Positions 14,223-23,086 of a DNA stretch of 64,000 bases are shown here, one piece after another; position 1 is the first letter of the stretch; every line of letters begins with the position of its first letter. A model generated the notes under the pieces. The model was given only the letters and a program-made list of their open reading frames with translations. It searched no databases and was not told the origin of the DNA. Source of the stretch: Candidatus Omnitrophota bacterium (GTDB taxonomy: Bacteria; Omnitrophota; Gorgyraeia; Duberdicusellales; 4484-171); assembly GCA_014729775.1 (NCBI GenBank), contig WJJJ01000026.1, positions 16,948 through 80,947 of the forward strand, in the 5' to 3' direction. The position numbers and the translations under genes were made by a program.

Positions 14223-15253
14223 ATTAACACCGCCTTTGTCATCTCGCTATCCCATCCGTACTGGATCGCGTAAGCCAGAGAAACACAATTTTTCGCTTCC
14301 CAGCGTACCATGACGCAGTACGCCAGCAGAGTACCGATGGTAAACGGAAACCCCGACATGACCCGCCTCGCTTCCCGCATCAAAATCGCGTACAGAAACT
14401 GCCCGACTAAATGTATATTCCGGGGAGAAAAACTTTTCAACTCAGGATACCCTCCCGCGTGCACACTCTCCATTAAACTCGTTAATTCACCGGCGTAATG
14501 CCGCCGCACTTCTTCTTTGCGTACTTTATCCCCTCCGGGAATGATCCAGCCCAGGATATCGTCGACCCCGGCAGCGTAATATTTCTTGAACCGGATCAGC
14601 CAGTGGATATTCTCCATGTCGATCTCGACCCCCAGCAGTTTACGCACGGCTTTCCGGTCGGAAAAAGACAATCTGGCCAGCGCGTCAAGTACCCGCCGGT
14701 AATAATCGATATCAAGCGCGATTTCCAGGAAAAACACCGATCCGTGGAGTTTGAATTTTTCCCGCGCGCCGTTGAGCGGACGGCGGTAGGGAGTTTTCTC
14801 CAGCGCGAGAATAAACTCCTCGATCGTCGCCGAAGCGAGCAATACCGCGACGTCCACCCCGCGGAACTGTTGCTGAAGAATTCCCCGGTCGGAAGGCACC
14901 GGTTCCTTTTTGTGCCAGGCCCGGATCAGCCTTTTTAAGCGTTCAATTTCATAACGCTCGCAGTACACTTCGAGAAACTCTTTCTCCCGCGCGGTCGGAA
15001 TCACCTGGATAAGACGCTGAAGCTGGCGGCGTTCGTTTACTCGTACGTATTTCTCGATCCCCTGGGCCCGTACCGGTTGCGTCGGCACCGAAACGTCCGG
15101 ATCGGGGGGATGCGCCCGCCGCACCCGGTTCCACAGATCGTCCAGATCCGCCCTTTCCGCGCACGTCCGGAAATCGTCACAGCTGAGCAACCGGGAAATC
15201 ATCCCCCGGGTTTTCGCGTTGAGAAACGCGTATTTGGATAGCTGCCCTATCAT
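14216..15253 (-). CDS. atpC: V/A-type ATP synthase subunit C (d-type)
   Basis: 345 aa all-helical protein at the conserved position between the G/H-like gene and I. Confidence 0.65.
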   Translation of the reverse strand: MIGQLSKYAFLNAKTRGMISRLLSCDDFRTCAERADLDDLWNRVRRAHPPDPDVSVPTQPVRAQGIEKYVRVNERRQLQRLIQVIPTAREKEFLEVYCERYEIERLKRLIRAWHKKEPVPSDRGILQQQFRGVDVAVLLASATIEEFILALEKTPYRRPLNGAREKFKLHGSVFFLEIALDIDYYRRVLDALARLSFSDRKAVRKLLGVEIDMENIHWLIRFKKYYAAGVDDILGWIIPGGDKVRKEEVRRHYAGELTSLMESVHAGGYPELKSFSPRNIHLVGQFLYAILMREARRVMSGFPFTIGTLLAYCVMVRWEAKNCVSLAYAIQYGWDSEMTKAVLIC

Positions 15254-15573
15254 TCACGCTCCCTTAACGCGATCAGGCGGCGGAACAGCTCCTCGGCCCG
15301 GTCATGAATCTGCTGCATTCGGCGTTCCCGCACACACGCAGCATGCTCCCTTACCGAGGAAAAGATCTTTGTCCTTTCACGCTCGTACTCCCGGATGACC
15401 TCGACTTCCATCCGGCGAATCTCCTCGCCGGTTTGCTGCAGGAGGTCTTCGGTCTCCTCCGCTCCCTCGCGTTTCGCCTGATCCATACGTTTCTGCGCCT
15501 GGCGGCGGGATTCCTTGACCCGGGCGTCGGCTTCCCGTTCCGCCCGCAAAATAGTGTCGATTACCTCTTTCAT
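15250..15573 (-). CDS. V/A-type ATP synthase peripheral-stalk subunit (G/H-like), coiled coil
   Basis: 107 aa charged coiled-coil protein as first gene of the operon, overlapping atpC. Confidence 0.45.
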   Translation of the reverse strand: MKEVIDTILRAEREADARVKESRRQAQKRMDQAKREGAEETEDLLQQTGEEIRRMEVEVIREYERERTKIFSSVREHAACVRERRMQQIHDRAEELFRRLIALRERE

Positions 15574-15593
15574 AAGAATGCCGCCTCCCTTGA

Positions 15594-16268
15594 TTATGCC
15601 GCGTAAGACTTAATGTTTTCCAGTAATCCGTAACAGAGCAACTTATCGTTCTCCTGAATTCGGTCGTTCGCGTGCGGGAAGGAAATCAATCCCTCCTTCC
15701 GGTCGATTGACAGAACCAGAATATTTTTGTCGATGAATCCGGCTTCGGCCAGGGTTAATCCTTTTTCCTTACTTTCACTGCGAATGGTCAGCTGAGCGAT
15801 GCCGTACCCCTTAGGAAGATAAAACAATTCTTCCAGCGTTTTCTGCCGGATAATTCCCCGGGCGATTATGCGCTTTTCGATAAACTTATTCAAAGCACGG
15901 CTGAAGCCGCGCAAAGTGGTGAGCTTGTAAAAAAGATACAGGATCACCGTAAGGATCAATGCCTTCTCCACGTTAGTCTCCAGCGCGTCTTTTCCGAATG
16001 AAAAGAACAGCCCGCCGATGATCGACACGATCCCGACCTTTCCCATGATCATTAATACCGTGACGGTCTTGCGGCGGATATCGTCCTCGAGGATGATCTC
16101 GGCTTCGCTGGTGGTAAATCCGGTGCCGGTAAAAGCGGAAATAGCCTGAAACCGGGCAGTTTTTTCATCCAGCCCGGTAAGCTTCAAAATGACCGTGGCC
16201 ACACGCACAATCGAAAAGAAAATTCCGATGAGAATAAGAACTGGGAGGACTCCCGAAAAAATTTCCAT
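15594..16268 (-). CDS. membrane protein with pore-loop-like segment and C-terminal TrkA-C (RCK_C) domain
   Basis: Two N-terminal TM helices, SAFTGTGFTT loop, further TM, then a TrkA_C-like beta domain. Confidence 0.5.
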   Translation of the reverse strand: MEIFSGVLPVLILIGIFFSIVRVATVILKLTGLDEKTARFQAISAFTGTGFTTSEAEIILEDDIRRKTVTVLMIMGKVGIVSIIGGLFFSFGKDALETNVEKALILTVILYLFYKLTTLRGFSRALNKFIEKRIIARGIIRQKTLEELFYLPKGYGIAQLTIRSESKEKGLTLAEAGFIDKNILVLSIDRKEGLISFPHANDRIQENDKLLCYGLLENIKSYAA

Positions 16269-16349
16269 TTTATTCCCTGTGGGTTCGCGTCACGTACCCC
16301 CGGGTTCTGCTCCCTGAAACTGCCGCAGGACTGCAGAACGGGGATTGAA

Positions 16350-17234
16350 TCAATTATATAGATTATAAGTGAACAAGGAGAATTCGGCAATGAATTTCTT
16401 CGCCGCGCGGTAATTGCGCACTTCGCCGGTGAGCACGCATATAATGTAATCTCCCTGGGCGGTAAAGACGATGCCGGCATCATGCACCACCCCCCGTTCC
16501 AAACCGGTTTTATGCGCGACCGGGATCTCTTCCGGAAGATAGCGCGGCAGGCGGTCGTCCACCTGCTGTTCTTTCAGTATCGACAGGGCAAACTCGGCAT
16601 GAGGCAGCCGGCGGCGGTAAAACCCTTCCAGCACTGAAACGATATCCGCCGCGGAGGTATAATTCTCCTTGCCCTTGCGCCGGGACACGAAATCCATCAT
16701 TTTCCGTTCGAGCACGGTCTGCCGCAGGTCAAGAGCGGTAAATTCACTTCTCAACAGGTCCATCCCGAGCATCTCTATGACTTTGTTGGTCGCGGTGTTA
16801 TCACTGCGGGTGACCATCAGGGTGAGCAGTTCGGCAAAGGAAACCTCCGCGGGAACCTGGGCGGCTTTCAGCACCCCCGAGCCGCCGCAGATATCCCGCC
16901 GGCGAATCGTCACCCGCTCTTCAAGCGAACGTTGCCCCCGCTCGACCGCGCGCAGCGCAACGGCGAGAATAGGGATTTTGATGATGCTGGCGGCAATGAA
17001 CGGCTCGTCTGACCGGTATCCCGCCTCGCCGGAAGAAACGAGATCTTTCACCAGAAAAGCCGCATCGCCATGGAACTGGACGCACAGCGACTCCCCCTGC
17101 GCCTGCATTCGCGCGAAATCCGCTGCGGCCCGCCCAAAGGGACGCGGTCCCCAGCCGCGGGTGAAGGCCGCGAAAACGATTCCCGCGATCGCACACATGA
17201 GGATCCCGATTGTGAACTTCCTGCGGCGCAGCAT
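16350..17234 (-). CDS. class A beta-lactamase-related serine hydrolase
   Basis: SxxK (SIIK), SDN (RSDNTATN) and KTG (HKTGLERG) motifs. Start moved to the internal MLRRRK Met before a TM/signal segment. Confidence 0.7.
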   Translation of the reverse strand: MLRRRKFTIGILMCAIAGIVFAAFTRGWGPRPFGRAAADFARMQAQGESLCVQFHGDAAFLVKDLVSSGEAGYRSDEPFIAASIIKIPILAVALRAVERGQRSLEERVTIRRRDICGGSGVLKAAQVPAEVSFAELLTLMVTRSDNTATNKVIEMLGMDLLRSEFTALDLRQTVLERKMMDFVSRRKGKENYTSAADIVSVLEGFYRRRLPHAEFALSILKEQQVDDRLPRYLPEEIPVAHKTGLERGVVHDAGIVFTAQGDYIICVLTGEVRNYRAAKKFIAEFSLFTYNLYN

Positions 17235-17292
17235 ATCTTTTCTCTTTAAACGTGAAATTCGTCTGAGGCGCGGATCCTCCGGGCGTAAAGCA

Positions 17293-18828
17293 TTATTCGT
17301 CTTCGTTCTTCCGGCGCATCCGGCTTCGGGGTTCGGTTTTCCACGAATGCGACGCGACCAGCACCGCCGCGAACAGCGTATAGAGCAGCCAATCCCGGCC
17401 GACCAGGATAATCGCGGTCCACGAATATCCTCCGTAGGGATCGGCAAGTTCTTTGGTGAGCGAAGAAAGCAGCAATGCGCCCAGAATCCCCGGCGCGACG
17501 ATCTTCACCGAAAAATCCCACACGGCGGGCAGCTTCCACCGGCAGGAATGATTCAAATGGCCGCGGAGTTTCACTGCTTTAAGGATCCATCCGACGAGCA
17601 CGCACTCGAAAATCGCTCCCACCACCAGACCGTACTGCGTGATGAAATGATCGGCGATATCAAGCAGGTGGATCCCCGCCCGGGTAGCGAATATCATACT
17701 TCCTAAGAATCCCAGCCCCGACAGGATCGAAACCACCGTCTTTCGCGGATAATGGAATTTATCGATAATGGCCGAGGCAAACGCCTCCAGGATCGAGATC
17801 GCCGACGAGAGCCCCGCGATCACCAGGATACCGAAAAAGATCGCGCCGAAGAGCTTTTCAAATCCGGGAAGCATGCTGATCGCTTTCGGATAGGCGACGA
17901 ACGCCAGCCCGATCGACTGATCCACCACCGCCTCAAACGGCTTGCCGGTCGTACGCGCCATGTAGCCGAGCACCGAAAAGACCCCGATCCCGGCCAAAAA
18001 AGAAAAGGCCGCGTTAAACAGGGTGATCGTGATCGAATCCCGCACGATTTCGCTTTTGCGCGGCAGATAGGATGAGTAGGCGATCATGATACCAAACCCG
18101 ATACTGAGCGTAAAAAAGATCTGACCAAAGGCATCCATCCACACCCCGATATCGCCCAGCCGGCTGAAATCCGGACGCAGATAAAAAGAGAGCACTCCTT
18201 CTTTTGCCCCGGGCAGACGCGCGCTCCAGGCTACGATCGCCACGGTAAGGATCAATAGCAGCGGCATAAACACTTTGTTGGCGCGTTCCAGCCCCTTTTC
18301 CACGCCCTTGAACACGATCAGCCAGGACACCCCCCACACCGCAAGCAGCGCTCCGATCATCGGCGTCCGCAGATCCCCCAGCGCGAACGGTCCCTCGCTG
18401 ACCATAAGATATTCCTGAAAGAAGAACGCGTTCGGATCCGGAGCCCAGCGCAGGTCGAACGAATAAAAGAAAAAGTTCACGCACCAGGAAACAACGACCG
18501 AATAGTACAATACGATCCCGAACATCACGAAGATCACCTGCCACCACCCCAGCCACTCCCATTTACGCGAAACACTGGCGAAGCTTGCCGGCGCAGATCC
18601 CCGCATCTTATGCCCCAGTCCGATCTCGAGAATCATCAGGGGAATGCCTACCACCAGCAGAGCCACGCCGTAGGGAATGAGAAAGGCTCCGCCGCCGTTT
18701 TTGTAACACAGATATGGGAATCTCCAGATGTTGCCCAGTCCCACGGCCGAGCCGATCGCGGCCAGAAGGAACCCGATGTGTGATTTCCACTGCGGACGAT
18801 GATGGGGTAAGGGAGTACCGTTTTCCAT
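17293..18828 (-). CDS. sodium-dependent transporter, SNF (neurotransmitter:sodium symporter) family
   Basis: GLGNIWRFPYLCYKNGGGAFLIPY signature, 511 aa, about 12 TM. Confidence 0.85.
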   Translation of the reverse strand: MENGTPLPHHRPQWKSHIGFLLAAIGSAVGLGNIWRFPYLCYKNGGGAFLIPYGVALLVVGIPLMILEIGLGHKMRGSAPASFASVSRKWEWLGWWQVIFVMFGIVLYYSVVVSWCVNFFFYSFDLRWAPDPNAFFFQEYLMVSEGPFALGDLRTPMIGALLAVWGVSWLIVFKGVEKGLERANKVFMPLLLILTVAIVAWSARLPGAKEGVLSFYLRPDFSRLGDIGVWMDAFGQIFFTLSIGFGIMIAYSSYLPRKSEIVRDSITITLFNAAFSFLAGIGVFSVLGYMARTTGKPFEAVVDQSIGLAFVAYPKAISMLPGFEKLFGAIFFGILVIAGLSSAISILEAFASAIIDKFHYPRKTVVSILSGLGFLGSMIFATRAGIHLLDIADHFITQYGLVVGAIFECVLVGWILKAVKLRGHLNHSCRWKLPAVWDFSVKIVAPGILGALLLSSLTKELADPYGGYSWTAIILVGRDWLLYTLFAAVLVASHSWKTEPRSRMRRKNEDE

Positions 18829-18973
18829 AACCTGGCCGTTTTTGGGATGGAATTATTATATCAAGAAACCGGGCGTTGTAAACACGCAAAGTGCGCCGGA
18901 GACGGTTCCGGGAGGTGAAAGTTCGGCATGTTCAGGGAGTGAGGGAACACCGCGCAGACCCGTCCGCGCGGAT

Positions 18974-19369
18974 TTAATCTTCGGTAATTTCCCCGGTGGT
19001 CAAATCCATGGTGAAGGTAGGACCGGTGCCGGAAGCGGCAGCGGTCACGGTACTTCCGGAAATGGAATAATCATAGTTGTCGTCGGTAAAGGACAGCGAT
19101 ACGTCCGCTTCATCGTCCCCGTCAAGGTCGGCATCTATGGCGACCTCACCGGAACCGCCACCCGAAGTTAAATCTCCGGGCCAGTCTCCGGTCGCCGAAT
19201 GAATCGCCATGGATACTTCGCGGATTTCCTCAAGATTCCCCTTTACCCTGGAAGCCCTGGCCTTATCGACCGACTGCATGTACTGCGGAATAGCGACTAC
19301 GAGCAAAATCCCTAATATAATGGAAATAATGAGCAGTTCCAGTAACGTGAACCCCTTACGACTGCGCAT
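18974..19369 (-). CDS. prepilin-type N-terminal cleavage/methylation domain pilin (major pilin-like, paralogue 1)
   Basis: KGFTLLELLIISIILGILLVVAIPQY class III signal peptide; acidic C-terminal region with DADLDGDDE. Paralogous to 21344-21739. Confidence 0.8.
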   Translation of the reverse strand: MRSRKGFTLLELLIISIILGILLVVAIPQYMQSVDKARASRVKGNLEEIREVSMAIHSATGDWPGDLTSGGGSGEVAIDADLDGDDEADVSLSFTDDNYDYSISGSTVTAAASGTGPTFTMDLTTGEITED

Positions 19370-19455
19370 ATTTTTTTCTCCCTTCCCCGCCCGCCGGGCT
19401 CCTTTTATTGATCATATTTTTTCCCGTGCCGTGCAGCACCCGTGTCCGCCGCCGT

Positions 19456-20079
19456 TTACTGTCCCCAGGAATGGGTAAACGGATAGAAGTACTCTTCGGC
19501 GAGATTGACCTCGGGATTGGACTTCGGATCTTCCGCGTGCCCCGGCCGCTTGCGCATGGCCAGATCACTGATCAAAATACCCCCGTTCTGTTTTTGGATC
19601 GAGAGCCCGTCGGGATCGACGAGTTGATGGGAAAGCACCCGGGAATCGTCTATCACCCCGTTGTCATCGAAAACCTCAAACGTGACCGAATTCGCCGGAT
19701 AGGTACGGGTGGCGAACACGGTATCCGCGTTGTTGGTATTAAACACGTAGCAGACCTCGCGGTCATCGCCATAATCCTGGGGCGTGCGGTTCTCATTGCC
19801 GTTGACGTCCATATCCTGCCGCAGACATAACTGATGCACCCCTCCGGTTGCGTTCACCGAAATCCCGTCGCTCACCCGGTCGCCGGTAACCGTGAGCATA
19901 TTTTTGTGAAGGTGATCCACCAGCAGGGTCATCCGGTTGAGAATTTCCACGACATTCTCAGTGGTGGTAAACATGCGGGAACTCAGAATATGAAAAGATA
20001 CCGCGGCGAGCACGATACTCACCATCAGCACCATTGCCAGCAGGAGTTCAATCAAGGTCACGGCGCGCTTCATTCGCAT
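19456..20079 (-). CDS. prepilin-type minor pilin / pseudopilin
   Basis: RAVTLIELLLAMVLMVSIVLAAV N-terminal prepilin motif; 207 aa. Confidence 0.7.
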   Translation of the reverse strand: MRMKRAVTLIELLLAMVLMVSIVLAAVSFHILSSRMFTTTENVVEILNRMTLLVDHLHKNMLTVTGDRVSDGISVNATGGVHQLCLRQDMDVNGNENRTPQDYGDDREVCYVFNTNNADTVFATRTYPANSVTFEVFDDNGVIDDSRVLSHQLVDPDGLSIQKQNGGILISDLAMRKRPGHAEDPKSNPEVNLAEEYFYPFTHSWGQ

Positions 20080-20088
20080 GGCAGGTAT

Positions 20089-20493
20089 TTATTCTTCTTC
20101 CTGAGGGGTATCCTCATAGGTTACGTCCATCTGGACCCGGCGCAAATCCATCACTTCCCCGTCGATCGTGACCTGTTCCACCGTGTATTCCGGCGTATAA
20201 GTCGTCCCGTCGGGCCGGTCCATACTCGCGCCGGGATAATCCTGGGCACCTCCGCCGGCGGGATCAATGTAGAGATCGTTACTCGCATCGTCCCAGGTAT
20301 CGGCGCGCACATGGATGTAGAGCTCATCAAACTGATCCCGTGAGATATTCATCGACTGCAGTCGTTTATGGGCGCGGTCAACCAGCCTCTGCGCACCCAC
20401 GAACGAAGCCAGCAGTCCGCCGAAGGCGAAAGCGAGAATGCCCGCGGCCACGAGCAGTTCCACCAGGGTAAAACTCTTTCGCTGAAGATTCAT
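20089..20493 (-). CDS. prepilin-type minor pilin / pseudopilin
   Basis: KSFTLVELLVAAGILAFAFGGLLA prepilin motif; 134 aa. Confidence 0.7.
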   Translation of the reverse strand: MNLQRKSFTLVELLVAAGILAFAFGGLLASFVGAQRLVDRAHKRLQSMNISRDQFDELYIHVRADTWDDASNDLYIDPAGGGAQDYPGASMDRPDGTTYTPEYTVEQVTIDGEVMDLRRVQMDVTYEDTPQEEE

Positions 20494-20504
20494 GCTTCCT
20501 CCGT

Positions 20505-20912
20505 TTACTGCGGCACCGGCCGGTTCGGATCGTTCCCGCCGGTACAGTCGCCGGCCAGGATGTTCGGGTCACCTGGCCCGATATGCCACGCTCCATGGCT
20601 GGCACTTGCCGCCTCCGCGCAGAACCCTCCACCGCCGGCGGTCACGCGGTAGGTCCAGAAACCGTTCGTAGCGAGCGTCAGATTCAGCGCGTTGTTGCAG
20701 GCCGCGGTATCTGCGCAGGCCGCGTAACTGTTGGTGCGCAGTTCTTCCGATTCCTCCGCCGTCTGCAACAGCAGCAGCGCCCCCCGCGCTTCCCGGTCAT
20801 GCGCCCGCAGACGCGCGTTCCAGTAATTCGGCAGGGCGAACGTTGCCACCACGCCCACGATAACCACTACCATCAGCAGTTCTATAAGGGTAAAACCCCT
20901 TTGTTGCCCCAT
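20505..20912 (-). CDS. prepilin-type pilin
   Basis: Internal start MGQQRGFTLIELLMVVVIVGVVATFALPNY; Cys-rich C-terminal domain. Confidence 0.7.
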   Translation of the reverse strand: MGQQRGFTLIELLMVVVIVGVVATFALPNYWNARLRAHDREARGALLLLQTAEESEELRTNSYAACADTAACNNALNLTLATNGFWTYRVTAGGGGFCAEAASASHGAWHIGPGDPNILAGDCTGGNDPNRPVPQ

Positions 20913-20926
20913 GCTTTCTCCTGATC

Positions 20927-21343
20927 CTAAAAACAGCCGCCTTCGGCGAATACTCCGGTGTTGAGATCCAGCGTAACACTGTTCGCCGGCTGCGCGCCGC
21001 TGCAGAAACCGGTCTGTTTTTGCGCAGTCACGACTCCTCCCTGGACAGTGTAAAGCCACATCTGATCGTTCTGTACACTGCGCAGATCAATACCCGAAAC
21101 GTTGGTTCCGATCCGGTTATCGAGATTGGCAGGATTCGGCACGTTTACAAAGTTTCCGGTTTCGCTCCGGATAATCTGTTCCGCTTCGGCAATGAGCGCC
21201 ATCGCGTGCCGTGCCTTCGCTACCTCGGCTCGAAGCACCGAGCCGCGGTAGCGAGGGACTGCGACCGACGCCAACGCGACGATCACCACGGCGGCAATCA
21301 ACAATTCCAACAACGTGAATGCGGATTTTCGGCGCATATCCAC
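20927..21343 (-). CDS. prepilin-type pilin
   Basis: KSAFTLLELLIAAVVIVALASVAVPRY prepilin motif; C-terminal Cys pair. Confidence 0.7.
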   Translation of the reverse strand: MDMRRKSAFTLLELLIAAVVIVALASVAVPRYRGSVLRAEVAKARHAMALIAEAEQIIRSETGNFVNVPNPANLDNRIGTNVSGIDLRSVQNDQMWLYTVQGGVVTAQKQTGFCSGAQPANSVTLDLNTGVFAEGGCF

Positions 21344-21739
21344 CTAGTCGTCAGATTCGGTAATCTCTCCAGTTTCCAGATCAATGACGAATGTCGCGCC
21401 GCTTCCGGACGCGGTCACGTCGCTTCCGGAAATGGAGTAATCGTAGTCGTCATCGGTAAAGGACAGCGATACGTCCGTTTCGTCATCCCCGTCAAGGTCG
21501 GCATCAAGGGCGACCTCTCCGGCACCGTCGCCCGAATCTAAAGCGTCGGGCCAGTCTCCGGTCGCCGACTGAATCGCCATGGCGACTTTACGGATTTCCT
21601 GAAGATTACTCTTCGCGCTCGCTTCCTTGGCTTTCTGGACCGATTCCATGTACTGCGGAATAGCGATCACTGCCAGAAGACCTAAGATGATGACTACGAT
21701 CAGCAGTTCCAACAAGGTAAACGCCTTACGCTCTTTCAT
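21344..21739 (-). CDS. prepilin-type pilin (major pilin-like, paralogue 2)
   Basis: Start at internal MKERKAFTLLELLIVVIILGLLAVIAIPQY. About 80% nucleotide identity to 18974-19369, including the DADLDGDDE tail. Confidence 0.8.
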   Translation of the reverse strand: MKERKAFTLLELLIVVIILGLLAVIAIPQYMESVQKAKEASAKSNLQEIRKVAMAIQSATGDWPDALDSGDGAGEVALDADLDGDDETDVSLSFTDDDYDYSISGSDVTASGSGATFVIDLETGEITESDD

Positions 21740-21830
21740 ACAAACCCCCTTTTGTGAATAGGTTACGATAAAAAATCCCACTTTATTTATACCATACCCC
21801 GTCACCCGGTGTCAATCCCGGCGGAAAAAC

Positions 21831-23072
21831 TCACATTCCGCCGCCGCCGAGCTGGGATATGCGGAACATCGGCAGAAACAGGGATACCACCAGACCGCCG
21901 ATCAGCAGTCCCATGACCATGATCATGATCGGTTCGAACGCCGCGATCAGCCGTTCCACGCGGGTCGTCAGTTCTTTCCGATAATGGATGGATATCTTCT
22001 CAAACACCTGGGGCATCGTCCCGGTCTCCTCGCCGATCTTGGCCATTTCGGAGATCAGCAAAGGAAAAATATTCAGATTACGGAATTCATCGGAAAGGGA
22101 CGATCCCTCGCGCACCTTCTCCTTGACGTGAAGAATACTTTTTTCCAGACGGATGTTGCCGATCCCGTGGGCGGCGACTTCCAGGGTATATACCAGAGGC
22201 AGGCCGCTGTCGAGCAGAATGTAGACAGTGGAAGTCAAACGCTCCAGGCAGGCGTAAAAATGAAACGGCCCCAGCAGAGGGATTTTCAGCCGGATCTTAT
22301 CCCAGAGGGGACGGGTCTCCTGCGAGCGCATAAAATAGACCAGCCCGGCGACCGCCGCGATAAACCCGGCAAGCAGAAGAAAAAAATAGGTATTCACGAA
22401 TTTGCCGATCCCGAACACGATTTGCGTGGCCAGGGGCAGATCGACTCCGAAGTTATCGAATAATTCGATGAACTTCGGCAGGATCACCCGGAAAAACACG
22501 AAGACCACGACCACCGCCACGATCATCAACAGCGACGGGTATATCATCGCGCTTTTTATCTTGCGCTCGAATTCGATCCGCATTTCAAGATAATCCGCCA
22601 GTTTTTCGAGCACAAAGGGCAGGTTTCCCGAAGCCTCGCCTACTTCGACTATCCCGCGCCACAACGAAGAGAATACCTTCGGATACTTCCCGATTGCTTC
22701 GCCCAGCGACAGCCCTTCCTTGATCCGTTTGGCGCATTCACGGAGAATTTTTTCCAGTTTCGCGCTTTCGGTCTGAAAGGACAGGATCTCCAGACTCCGC
22801 AGCAGGGTCACCCCGCTGGAGAGCGTAGTGGCAAGATTACGGGCAAAAAAGGTCAGGTCGTATAGTTTCAGTGAATTGCGTTTCCCGCGGCGGCGGCGTA
22901 AAAAACCGGCACCTCCGCCCGCGCCCTTTTTCTCCTTCACTTCTTTGATCGAGATGATGAACAGTCCCCGCGCTCTGAGTTTGCCGATCAGTTCCTGGCG
23001 CGTATTCGCTTCTTCTATATCCCGTATCTTTCGGGCGTCCTGTGTTTTCGCCGAATAAATAAACTGCGGCAT
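21831..23072 (-). CDS. type II secretion / type IV pilus inner-membrane platform protein (GspF/PilC family)
   Basis: 413 aa, two GspF repeats, three TM segments. Confidence 0.85.
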   Translation of the reverse strand: MPQFIYSAKTQDARKIRDIEEANTRQELIGKLRARGLFIISIKEVKEKKGAGGGAGFLRRRRGKRNSLKLYDLTFFARNLATTLSSGVTLLRSLEILSFQTESAKLEKILRECAKRIKEGLSLGEAIGKYPKVFSSLWRGIVEVGEASGNLPFVLEKLADYLEMRIEFERKIKSAMIYPSLLMIVAVVVVFVFFRVILPKFIELFDNFGVDLPLATQIVFGIGKFVNTYFFLLLAGFIAAVAGLVYFMRSQETRPLWDKIRLKIPLLGPFHFYACLERLTSTVYILLDSGLPLVYTLEVAAHGIGNIRLEKSILHVKEKVREGSSLSDEFRNLNIFPLLISEMAKIGEETGTMPQVFEKISIHYRKELTTRVERLIAAFEPIMIMVMGLLIGGLVVSLFLPMFRISQLGGGGM

Positions 23073-23086
23073 ACGTTCCCCTTTGG

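Noticed and set aside
16269-16349. Imperfect hairpin (cccgGGttctgc ... gcagaaCgggg) downstream of the beta-lactamase-like gene
   Set aside because: The stem is bulged and there is no U-tract. It could be a REP-like element or a weak terminator, but the evidence is insufficient.
18829-18973. Possible terminator after the first pilin gene (palindrome TCCGCGCGGA at about 18961-18970)
   Set aside because: The stem is short with no following U-tract on the minus strand, so the call is not strong. It may still contribute to insulation between the pilus cluster and the SNF transporter.
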